A program made the position numbers and the translations under genes. Positions 49,767 through 61,583 of a DNA stretch of 64,000 nucleotides are shown here, piece by piece (the stretch's first letter is position 1; each line of letters opens with the position of its first letter). The DNA comes from Lama guanicoe (Eukaryota): the NCBI GenBank assembly GCA_013239625.1, contig MU053810.1, positions 3,690,071 to 3,754,070 on the forward strand, read 5' to 3'. Under the pieces are notes generated by a model. That model saw nothing but the letters and a program-made list of their open reading frames with translations. It searched no databases and was not told the DNA's origin.

Positions 49767-50028
49767 CTGAAAAATGTCACTTCCCAGCAGGACTGACACA
49801 AATTTTTGAGTCCACAGAATCTTGAGGAACAAGGAAACTTACCCCATTTTATCGACTCCTATCACAACACTCCACATTTTTCCCCCAGCCTTCCTCCTAA
49901 GCACTTTTTTTTGAGGAGGGGGCAAGAGTTTTATATCTCACCTTCAACCAAGGTGCATCTTTCAACCAAGCATTTTTCTCCACCCCTCCCCTCCTCCCTC
50001 TTAATTGATGTCACGTTTTCTCCCACAG

Positions 50029-50238
50029 GCTCTGGCTGATAAAATTGGCATTGGCTGCTCTCTGGTTCGAGGGGAGTACGGCAGAGCCTGGAATGAAGTT
50101 CAGCTGATGAACGAACCCCAAAAGAGGTTGACTGGGGCTTTCTCTCCCCCTGAATTTTACATAGTTGACCTCATGTTCCATCCAGGGACACTGATGAAGT
50201 TAAGAAGCCAAGAGGCAGATCTTTACAGATTTCTCTGA
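50029..50238 (+). CDS. ARMC3: ARMC3 last coding exon, ending at TGA
   Basis: acag|GCT CTG GCT GAT; ALADKIGIGCSLVRGEYGRAWNEV...FYIVDLMFHPGTLMKLRSQEADLYRFL*. Confidence 0.95.
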   Translation, partial: ALADKIGIGCSLVRGEYGRAWNEVQLMNEPQKRLTGAFSPPEFYIVDLMFHPGTLMKLRSQEADLYRFL

Positions 50239-50325
50239 ACTTCCAAATGAACACAAGAGGGGTTCAAACAAGAAATACATTTCATACACTTTCTGCGACG
50301 CTCATCAGTAGATTTTATTTCTTTA

Positions 50326-50331
50326 AATAAA
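50326..50331 (+). terminator. Probable ARMC3 polyadenylation signal (alternative AATAAA at about 51238)
   Basis: AATAAA about 90 nt after the stop codon. Confidence 0.6.
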
Positions 50332-51999
50332 AATGTTAGAAATGTTTTCCCCGTGCAGAAATGAGATCACTTGCATTGGACTTGGTCCTGCTTCTGATTT
50401 CAGGCTTTTGGCAAATGTTCCATCTGATGAGATCATATTATGCTCATAGTCCCTCATGTAAAGCCTATTATTCTCAACATTAACCCACCCCACTGTTTCC
50501 TAAGGAGCATCTCTGCCCTTTGGGAATCACATGGAAAAGGCTCCAGCTGCTGTCCCCAGGACAGTGCCTTGTGACTGTCCTCTGTGTACAGAATGCTCCA
50601 GGAAGACTTGGTTAAATAAGTCAAACCAACTCTATTTTTTGTATGTCTTTATGTTTTTAATGTCTTCAGTCGCCTTGTCTCACTCTCATAAAATAAGGTT
50701 ATTGATATTTTTGAATATTTATAAATCTCGATTAGTGTTACAAATTCCTTCCTAAAATTTTTTGTTCATATTTTCCCAAATTTATCATCAAGAACACCAT
50801 TTAATATGTGTCACTGAGCTAAGAATAATCCTAAAAACTATTGCCATTCACTGTCCTTGTCTATGTTGACTTGGAAATATACTTTCAGTTAAAAACAGCT
50901 CTGATTTGCTTGTACATGTTGCAATGCTGGGTCACAAACTCATGTAACTTAAAAATTCTTTTCTGGAAAATTTTGAAATATAAGAACTGAGTAAGTCTTT
51001 GCTGAGGAATTTTGTTTTCAGTACTGAGCACAAAAAGGGGAACCCATTTCAAATGGCAAGAGAAAATGAATCTCATGAGGCATACATTTCCCAGTCAAGA
51101 TTTAAGTCTAAAGTTTAGCCATCTAACCGTTTTACTGGAAGGTTTCTAAAAGTGAGCTTGAGTTTAGAAATTTGAGCTAAGATTATTCTGTGTGAACTGA
51201 TCTGTACTTTCAGAGAATGTGTCAGTCTTTATTTCAAAATAAAGTTCTTTATATCAAATGGTGTGGTAATTATATTTATCCTGCAGTTTCATGAACGAGA
51301 GCGCAGATTATCAGATACATACCTGCCGAAGCAGTTCTAAGTCCCTCTTGATCCAAAAAGCACTGAAAGTGGATTACAAAGATATGTAAGATGTAACAAG
51401 ATAAAAATAAGTGAACAAGAGGCTTAAGTATAGGAAAGAAAGTTCAGCAAGGCCAGGAATAAGCTTAGAATTCAAAACGCAAGCCATGAAAATCCTACAC
51501 ATTTGTTAGAGGTGCGTGAAAATTCGACTCCAAGCTCTCTAGCGGCCAGCGCAGAGGGTGATGCTATCCGTTGCGTGATTTACAGAAGGGACCACTAGAG
51601 AAAAACACAAAGCAGCGGAACAAAGTCCAGGGGAATTCTTTGAGAGCTTCATACAGATGACAAATATAATATAGAAAATAACATCTTTGAAAAACAACCT
51701 CCTAATAAGTTCTGGAAAGAGTTTTCATAGGCCAATGGCCAAACGTCAAAAAAAAAAAAAAAAAGGAGAGGGATGTTCCATGCAGAGTCCCTATGATGCA
51801 GTCCAGGCAGACACTGCGTTTTTCAGCCTGGTGCAGACCAAAGATGCGTTTTTCTCCATCTTAGAGATGATTCTGTATTCTGTCTCTCTCACTTAGATTC
51901 TACGTAATAACGGAACAGGAATGATTTTAAATTATATTCTCAGACAGGTCTTTGAAGTTCATCTATTCTGTGTTTCCAGTTAAGTATAGAGCCATAAGA

Positions 52000-53000
52000 T
52001 CGATAATAAGCCAATCTATTATAAAAAGTAAACACTTTCACAGTAGCAAACATTACAAAATACCTAGACACAGATTTAACAAGCCATAAGCAAGGAAAAC
52101 TATAACATTTTAATGAGACCTGAATAAATGAAGGTACATACCATTTTCCTTGATGGAAAACTCAGTAATATAAAGATTTCAGTGTTCCCTGTATTAATAT
52201 ATACATTCAGTATAATTTCAGCCAGAATCCCAACACATTTTCTTTCCTGGAACTTGACAAATAATAACATTTATCTGGAATGAGTGCATATGAATAATAA
52301 CAATATTTTGAAATAGAAAAATGAATATGTCCATCACATATCAGAACATTTATTAAAAGCAATAGTAAATTACCATGAGACAGGTATAAAAATTTTAAAA
52401 AAAAACTAAGAGTCCAGAGACAGATCCACATATATAGGTAGGGATTTAGTGTTGATAAAAATAGCTTTTCTGCCTAGTGGGGAAATGATAGCCTATTTAG
52501 TAAATGGCAACAGGGAAATTATAATCTTGGCAAAGAGAGAGCCCTTCTATTTATGGCAGAAAAACTAGAAGCCATAGAAAAATATATCAGACAAGTTTGG
52601 CTACATGAAACTTTTAAATTCCTATTCAAACAACACAGCATAAGAAAAATATTTGTTTAGCAAAATAAAATGTAAGCATAATTATAGACAGGGAGAAAAA
52701 TGTGCAGCATATGTAATAGCCAAATGTTCACATCCTTAATGAACAAAGAGCTCCTATAAATCAATGAGAAAAGGGCAATCCACTTGGAAAATAGGCAAAG
52801 AACTGTATTTGAATAAGACCTCTAAACAGTGCTTATAAGCAATCCCAGATATCCCCATATTATAATATATACATTTAGTATAATTTCAATTAAAATCCGA
52901 ACACATTTCCTTTTCTGGAACTTGGCAAATAGTAATATGCATCTAGAAGAGTGCATTTGAATACCTATAATATTTTGAAATAGAAAAATGAGGAGGATTT
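52000..53000 (+). mobile_element. Degenerate old L1M ORF2 fragments
   Basis: aataaatgaaggtacataccattttccttgatggaaaactcagt; aaaactagaagccatag; gagctcctataaatcaatgagaaaag. Confidence 0.6.
52195..52991 (+). repeat. Direct repeat, about 130 bp x2 (about 52195-52324, about 52864-52991), within old L1 sequence
   Basis: taatatatacatt(c/t)agtataatttca...ctggaacttg(a/g)caaata...aatattttgaaatagaaaaatga in both copies. Confidence 0.85.
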
Positions 53001-53559
53001 TTCTCCCAGATCTTAGTAGGATAAATGTCTTTTATCACATCACATGCACAGGTCAGTGGAGGGGACTCTGCTTCATATGGTCACTCAAGGACCCAGGCTG
53101 ACAGCAGCTCCACCACTTGACACCTGCAGTAGGTGGAATATTTGAACTTCTCAGTCACTGGAGCGGGAGGAGAAAACATGCTAAGGAACTCTTTCAGGAT
53201 TTACATGCTTTGGGCTGGAATAACATGTTAGGGCAGAACTGGACTTAGGCAGGATGGGGTAATGTCTGAAACCAAGGAGATCTGAGTTTGAATCCTGACT
53301 CTGTCCCTTAAAAACTTTAAAGATTCTGGCAACTGCTGTGGTTGTGAGATTTCAAAGCAATTTATATGAAGTAACTTGTTACTCTATCAGAATCAAGAGC
53401 TACCGTTTCTCTTCTGGAGATCAAACCATTTCATTAAAACGAATATCAAACTTTTAAAAATAACTGTGAATTAAACTGGAGACAGTTAAATAGACACACA
53501 GACATGCTCACTGGCTTTGGAGCTCGTGTCTGCAATCATTCCCCATTTGGCCTATCTTT

Positions 53560-54463
53560 TCTTTTGATTCCATGGTCTTTACTTTGAGAAAAACTTTGAA
53601 AAACCCAGATGAGCGTATTTACATCTCTACTATCAAGTCATTTATCTGCTAAATCATTGAGGGTCATAATCCTGTGGACACCACTTTCTGATTGTGGAAT
53701 CATTCCCCCATCACCAACACCTTGCCCACCCTCAGGTGTGACCTGTGTGTCCCCAATTCATTGGGAAAGGACCTAGCGTTACTTCCTGGGTTTGATGACT
53801 TCCTACTGCTGCTTGGTCCATCTTGCCTGTGATTTTGAAAGGCTTGTCTTGCGTATTTACCTTTGAAAGCACTTTTAATGTGTGTGGTTAAGACTACTTA
53901 CGTCCTTTTTAACTTGCTAACAAGGCATAAGTTTCCCTATTGGCTCAGACCTTTCCACCAAGCAGAACCTACACATGGGACGGGACGGGCCCTGGATTTA
54001 ACAAGTCCCCAGGAATATGCATCTGCTTTAGGAATACGTTTCAGTCTTGAGCATCTGGGTCTGACCTCATCAGGATGAGATAAGGGCCCTCCACTTCCTT
54101 TCTTAACTCATGGTATCAGCCTCCAAACCCTGCAGACGGACAGACACTGGTTATCTTGAGAAAGTCCCAGTTTGTTTTACGCAAGAACAGCTGGCATACA
54201 AACGGAATCAAGCACTTTTAAGTAGTCATTAATCATACTGATGAGAGCAGCTGAAATAAACAGTGTTCTCTAAGTACTTACATATCTGACATAAAATCAA
54301 GTGATAGTCCAATTAGTTTATTTATAGATTTCTTTCTTTGAAAAATCTGAGTGACTGTCTTTTGATTCCATAGTCTTTGAGGAAAACTTTGAAAAACCCA
54401 GATGAATGCATTTATATCTATTATCAAGTCATTTATCTGCTAAATCATTGATAGTCGTTATCC
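53560..54463 (+). repeat. Dispersed direct repeat, about 110 bp x2 (53560-53673, 54358-54463)
   Basis: Both copies read tcttttgattccat(g/a)gtcttt...aaaactttgaaaaacccagatga...tatcaagtcatttatctgctaaatcattga. Confidence 0.9.
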
Positions 54464-55795
54464 CTCATACACGATTTCCTAGATGTGTGATTTCATTTAT
54501 TTCACTTTCTAAAAAAATTTTTAAATCTCTTTTTATTAATACAAATAAGAGAGACAGAAAAGGGAGATAAATATGCTGGTTCTTTGGACTCTTCGAAATT
54601 GAAAGCTTGGCTTGTATCCTTTGTATAAATTACTTACTGCTTTGAGACTTAGGATGAAAGGAAAAAATTAACTGCTGAATAAGATAAGGAGATTTTCCTT
54701 GTGCAGTTTTTTTTTCTTATCTAATTAGGAGCGTAAAAAATAAAAAGGGAGCTAAGAGTTGCCAGAAATGGACTTCAGTGCCCCACTCTGAAGTAGTCAC
54801 ATGGAACCTATCCTTGCTGGCTTTAAGAAGTGGCACAAAATTTAGCAATAAGAAAGGCCTCTCCATGCCCAAGATCTATGATCGCTACACAAACATTATT
54901 GATGAGCTAAAAACATTTACAGGATAACTCAAATGGTCCCTTCTTACGCATGTTCTTTATGAAATGAGTGCCCTGAGTCTCAGTATCGCCACATCCAGTG
55001 CTGGCACACCATCACATTCAGAGGACATGCTCTCGAATATGAAATCCCACAGAAAGGAAACAAAGGAACGAGCAAAGCCTTGGTAAATCTCTTAATGCAG
55101 ACCATCTGCTTTCTTCCAGGCTTAGATTCAGGCTCACCACCGAGTTATCGCTCAGTCCCGAAAGCCTGGGCTGGGCGGGGGATGGCATCTAGCTGGGAAC
55201 ATAGTCCAGAGCCTTAAAGTAAATCACTTTGGGAGAGAAGCCAAGTCTTGCTTCAATCTGTCCCTGGCTGAAATTCAGAGCCCTCGGAGTCAAAGTTCGG
55301 GGAGAGGACACTTGGAAAGTGGTTCCTCCAAGGACACGTCCTGTTACCATTTTTTACATACAACGTCACTGTCAAAGACACCATGACGCAAAAAGGCACA
55401 GAGTTCAGCTGTGAACTAGAAACTTCCATAGAGAAGGTCAGAGTCAGTCTTCGGTGAGTGCCCCAAAGTGTTCCCGCAGCTCAAATTTCCACATCCAAGG
55501 TTAAGTGTGGATGTTGAGACATTCAGCCAAGGAGTGATTTGCAAGTAACTGTTTTTCAAACTTTTTAAAAAATTGGGACCAAACTTTTTTTTAGATGTGT
55601 GTTCATGTCTATAAAAAGACAATTAAAAACATATGAAATGAATAGTCTAGGAAATGCGAGACCCCTGTTGTACCGACTGCCTTGGTTGCAAACACCGTCA
55701 ACTTTAAAGTTTTGTTATTTCACTTTTGTGGATTGCTGATGGCAGGGCTGAGAACACACCACTCCAAAGCCTGGCAGCTTGGCAAACTGAATGGT

Positions 55796-56254
55796 TGTAG
55801 CTGAAAGAATGTGAGAAACGACACGTGCAGGTGACTCTCCCTGACCTCCTCCATCCCGCAGAAGTGGGTCGCGGGACCCTCCTGTGAGCGGTGCCCTCCT
55901 TATAGCAAGAGGAAAGCAGAGACCTTCTCTCCAACGACCAGGGGACTCAGAGGAATCGGAAGAAACAGGCTTTTTCCACTTTTCCACACTTTACTACAGT
56001 CAGCTTACATCCTTGCATCCTATCACGTTTTTTTCCACAATGTTCCACTCTTCATCAAACCTCCCATAAAACCCCTCAGGTCTCATCTGTCCTGGGGTGT
56101 TCATTTCCTATGAAGGCTCCTATGTCGTGTAAAACTTATATTAAATAAACGCGTATGTCTTCCTTTTGTTAACCTGCATTTTGTCAGTCTAATTTACACG
56201 GCCCCAACCAGAGAACCTAGGAGGGCAGTAAGAAAAGACTTTTCCTCCCCGGCA
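55796..56254 (+). mobile_element. ERV1-type LTR (MER34/39-like)
   Basis: gaaggctcctatgtcgtgtaaaacttatattaaataaac...aagacttttcctcccc. Confidence 0.6.
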
Positions 56255-59200
56255 CTGCAGCGAGCTGACTTGAGCCAGTTGGCCCACCTCCTTGTTTTTA
56301 ACGATTCATGCCACTGGGTTGTTTAATCACTAAAATCCTTGGACCTTGAAAATATTTAGTTGATGGGCTACCACTGGGCACCAGTGCTCGTTGGTATGCT
56401 ATATTTATTCCTAGGATTTGGGTCTGTGGTTTCCACACGGAGTTAATATTTGTACCCTCCTTTTGCGAGCAACAGAATCACTCACTCCCCAGTCTCCTAA
56501 TTACGGATGTCAATTGTGAGCGCATTATAATTAGCATAATGCATGGAAAGGTATTCTAGTATAATTATTTTTTTAAGACTTCTACGCACAGATGTAAGCA
56601 AAACTGGCAACGGCCATCTGCAGACACCACGGTGGGAGGCAACGTGCATCGTGGTTATCAGCTGAAGGCCACCACCGAACCCCCGGGTTCACAGCCTGGC
56701 TCTGCCGCTCACTCACTGAGTGGTCTCAGGCAAGTGACTCCCTGGTCCCCACTTTCTTTGCCTGGAAAAGAGCAATGACAGGAGCTCCTCTCTCATCGGG
56801 TTGCAGAGAGAGTTAAATGGGCGAATAAACGTAAAGCCTGGCACAGAGGAAGCACCCAATGAGTGTCCACAAAAATGTTCATCCACACCGTGCCCCTGGA
56901 CCCAGAGTTAAGGACACAATCACCATAAGGGCAACTCTGCAGACAGAAACAATTCCCAGCCTCCTTTCATTCAGTGAGGGCTGCCCTGAATGTAATGAGA
57001 ACAGTCCATCAAACCACCTCCCTGACCAAACCGGAAATCCTCCCTCCTCTCCTCACTGAGGTTGGTAAGCGCGAGCTGGGGTCTGGACAGGTATGCCCCC
57101 CTGCTTTTGCATCTAAAAACAAGACTAGGAAAATCTGTCCAAATGGCTTCTGACAGCCCCAGGACTATGATAAAAGTCTTCTTTTTTATTAAAAGAAAAA
57201 TCACTTTTAATCACTCAGTGTTGGGAGCTAGAACTTTCTGTTGTCAAACACCTGAAGCCTCTGGCTTCCTTTTCTGCCCCCTTCAGAGAGAGGGCAGGAG
57301 GGGGTGAGGGCCTAGACAGAAAGAAATCTTGAAACTTGAGGGCTGGGGAGGGGCCCAGATTGTCCAATGTTTCCAGACAACAGCTGGGCTTTCCAGGAAT
57401 TCAGCACAGAAAAAGCAGGGGTGCCCTCACATTTGTACTTCAGAGTTCCAGTTGCACCCCTGGCAAACCCTGTGGTGGGCAAAGCTGGTCTCCCAACCTG
57501 CCTTCCGGTCTTTTCTCCCAGCCCCCTGCCCCACACCCCTCATCAGAGCCTGCTCTGGAGGGAAGTGGCTGGATGGGGGAAGGACATCAACTCCAAGGCC
57601 TAAAGACACCTTCTACCAAAATCCACATTTTAAAAGCATAAAAAACTTGAAGCTGAATGAATGATTCTTTAATTGTGGGATTTCAAGTATCAGTGAATGT
57701 ACAGAAAATGTATTATTTTGTTGTTAAGAAATACACACTTATTACAGACAGTATGGAAAATATTGCAAAGAAGACAGAATTTTCTATCAACCACAGTATT
57801 TATGTTTTGATATATTTCTTTCCAGTCTATTCATCTGAGCTCTTAAAAATGTAATGGCCTACTGAAAATGCAGATTTTTCTATCCCCAAACACAGAACAC
57901 ATTTATTTAGAAATGATATTGGAGAGAAGGGCATAGACAAGAAAGAGAGAGAAATGCCCCCAGCATCCAGAAGTCACACTTCAATTGGCAGCTCCCTTCC
58001 CCTGTTCAGGGGATGGCTGAGCAGTAAGAAGCAAATGGGGAGAAAAAAACTTGAAAGTGTTACCTCTTCCTGTGCTTTGAGTCACTGGCCCTTTCTCTAA
58101 GGTCTGGCTTTACGGAATAGCAGCCACAACCCGTGACAAGCTGGGTGATAAATAGGATATTGATGGGTAATTACCTGACACCAAATAGCTCCATAAATCA
58201 ACGTGCTAGAAGCTGTACCACAGTCAAGGGCAGCTCTCAGCCAACGCAGGCCCCAAGCCCTGTGCGGTGAGGCTGGGAAGCAGGGGCGGCCTTCTGAGCA
58301 CCTTGCAGTGACCTGGAGATTTCCTTTTCGGGAGCCAACAGCCCTCCCCAGCCACCGGCGGCAGTTTGGGGAGTCACTGGCAGGGTTCCAGGCCCAACGG
58401 GGCTGCCCTCCTATCTCAGCACCTTCCTACAACTATCAGCTCCATGATACCCCCTGACTTCCTCCAGGATGGGGAGCTTTAAAAAGAATTAGTGTTTTAG
58501 GATTCTGAGAGTGACACATTCTCACTGTAGAGAGTTTTGGAAATGTAGACAAATACAGAAAGAAGCAACTGTCACCCACAGTCCCATGACCAGAGGTAAT
58601 TAACCACTGTTAACATACTGCCCCCTTACAGGCTTTAAAAAAGAAAACGGTGTATCCATTATCCCGGATGCTAAGAAGTGGTACATTTTCATCCTCTGCC
58701 TGCCCAGGACACCCATGCAAGGAGGAAGCGTCCCTCCCGTCCCTTCACCACAGAGCCAGTTCAGCTTTCTCTTGCTCAAAAGGCAGGAAGCTCGAATTTC
58801 AGGCAACCACTTTCTTGCCAAAAGATGGCCCCAACTAGCTGCCCTGATGCTTGAGAGGCTAAATCCTTCCTGCTCGGTGTCACTCAGCTACTGCCAGATG
58901 TGCCATCCCAGCCACGGCACACCACCCCAGGCAGGGAAAATATCTTCCCACAAAAAGCAGCAAAAACAAAACTTGTAAATCGGGTCTTCAAGATGCACAT
59001 TTTAGAGGCTCCATGCAGAACTGTTTACAGAAGAGACTGTCACCTTTACAGACCAGTGAACCTCCGTCGTGGGAGGAAGAGAAGACAGAACAAAGGCCTT
59101 TATTCCCTCGCTCCTATGGGAGTCATGCTTAGAAACAATAAATGAAGTGAGATTGTATGATTTAACAGAGTCCCCTAATACAGTTATTTTGCAGATAATC

Positions 59201-61233
59201 ACCAAAGCTTTTTAAAAGAAAAAATTCCTTTACGACACTGTTTTAAATACATAAAAAGCAGGAATTGCCCCCAAATGAACATTCTTGAGCAGCCTGCATC
59301 TTTCAGCTGGTCTGTGCAGACCGACAGCACAGATATGCTGACTTGCTGCGGGGACAGAGTTCATTTCTCACAAGGTTCCTTATCAATTACAGCCGAGATG
59401 GAATTTACCCCTTGTGTTCATAGTCACGCAAGCATGTCTTAATGAAAAACACACCTTGTCGGGCCCTCTAACAAAATCAATCCCTCAGCAGGAGAGTGAG
59501 AGCTTGTCTCTGATCCTGCATGGAAATGCACATTTGCATGCTAATTACCCAGAAAGCTCCTCCAATTCACCGAGGTGTTATGGAAATGCTGGGTCAGAAT
59601 TCTAGAAGCCGGTCCACGGAGAGCAACAGGAACAGAATGGTTTTAGACGGAAGCCATTGGGATACAACTTATTTTTAGTCATTAAAAAAAATCCACTTTA
59701 GCTGAATTAGTCATGTCTGGCTTAACCAGAGAACGCTCTCTTGGAATTACTCCGATTGTGAATCAGAGCAAACAGATTTTTCCCCCCTGTCATTTACAGT
59801 TTAAGGAGGCTCTTTCACTCTGAGCCCCAATACAAGAAAATACGAACATCAAAACTGGCAGACTGCTCCATGAAACTACCTGATCACGGCTTCGAAACTC
59901 TGTTCAATGACTAAAAATATATTGTTTTCAAATAGGGTTATCATCCAAAAGAATTATTTTCCAATGGAATAAATGGAAGCCGGATCTACACAGGAAAGTC
60001 AATCTGCGAAGACAATTTGAAAAGTGATTTCTTCTGCTGGAAACAACAAGGGAAAGATGGGGGAACCTACTTTTATTCATGCATGTAAATGAAAAGGGAA
60101 AAGCTCTTTGGTTTTCTTTTCTTCATCCTCTGTATCCACGGGTGATGGGCAACAAATTTCCCTCGTTCCCTTTTTAGGAAGATGCTGTTTCTTTGGTTCT
60201 GCCATTTTTCTGTTTTGCTTCCGGAAGGTTGTGCAACCCGGAGGATGCCAAAGGGAAGTGAACATTCTTCTTACTGTTTCTTAGACTTTGACCAGGGATA
60301 ATTTATGCTCTGACTTCTTTCCATCTGGGCCAACCTTTCTTCTGTTCTGAAGGCTCTTTCACATGCCTGTGGGCCCCATGATCCTGTGCCCCTCACAGCA
60401 GCACTCCCATATTAACCAGAAACTCCTGGAAGGCAGAGCCAGTGGGCCTGTCTCCCCATCCTTACTGACTCCAAACCAGCCCTACCGGAGCCCCTGGGAT
60501 GAGAGGCCTTGGTGGAGGGCACAGGTAACAACAGATACCCCCTTTACTATCCCCTCAGTTTAAAATCTCTCTCTTGACATTGTGTGCATTTTCAAATCTT
60601 GAGTTAAAGTAGTGGATTAGGGCCCAAGAAAATGTGTTCTCCATTTTGAACTGTTTGATAGACAGGAACACTGAACTCCCAAAACCAAGGATCCTGAGTA
60701 AACATGGGGATGGAGCAGTAACGAAGAGGGCAGGGTATAGAATCATGCAGTGTAGACAATGTGATATGTGTCTACACTGTGATATTCACTTAGCACTTTC
60801 TGAACGTTACTCAGTAGTACACAGGGTTACTAAAAGTGTTTCCTCTGCAAAATGATGGAACTGTGAGCAATGCAAGAAAGATGCTGGCACTTGTCTTCAC
60901 ATAGTAAACACAATGTAATGGCAGCTATTTTTCATAGACATGAAGGGTTCAGTCTGGTCTCAGGAGCTGATTCCAATGTAGTTTGTCCCCATGTCATACA
61001 ATCCAAGATTCCAAGCTGCCTACAAATATGAGTGCTCTACAGACAGGTGATTGAAGATAGTGTCTTTCTTATTAACCAAAGAGGAACTTATCCTTCCACT
61101 AAACCCCCGTCCCCTCCTCCACCATTTAATTTACTTGTAAAACAACTATGAAGAACATATTGTTGGATAATTATACAAAACATTCTCCTAAAAATGATTA
61201 TACTGTCCTTGAAATTAGATTATTTCCTCCCAC

Positions 61234-61583
61234 TGACAAAGATTCCTTTCTTGACCAATTTTAGCCTAGTCCAGTTGTAGTAAAAATCCTGCTAAATCAG
61301 TTTAGCAAGAACCCTGCCATCCCTGAAATCTGATCACCCTTGAAATCTGATCAAATTGCTTATTCCCCACCCTTGGTATCTGGTCACCCCAGCCTGCCTC
61401 CAGCAAGAATCCCCCTACTCTTAGTGATTTTCATCCAATGACCCCCTCTGCTACTTAACTGTCCAACCCCAGCAGCCTTTACTGTATTTACAGTTAAGCC
61501 CAGTCTCTCTCCCCTATTGCAATAGTCCTGAATAAAATCTTCCTTACCCCTTCAACAAATGTCAAAATAATTTTTTCCTAGCA
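61234..61583 (+). mobile_element. MER31-like ERV1 LTR
   Basis: TGACAAAGATTCCTTTCTTGACC start; cccctattgcaatagtcctgaataaaatcttcctt; ends in CA. Confidence 0.75.

Larger units (their letters stand above)
16975..49880 (-). pseudogene. Decayed multi-exon type IV collagen-like gene (7S - Gly-X-Y - NC1), antisense to and interleaved with ARMC3
   Basis: More than 20 minus-strand segments, many AG/GT-bounded, in which every third codon is Gly or one substitution from Gly. The high-coordinate end has a CxC-xGEK motif and the low-coordinate end has NC1 motifs. Stops and frameshifts are numerous. Boundaries approximate. Confidence 0.8.
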
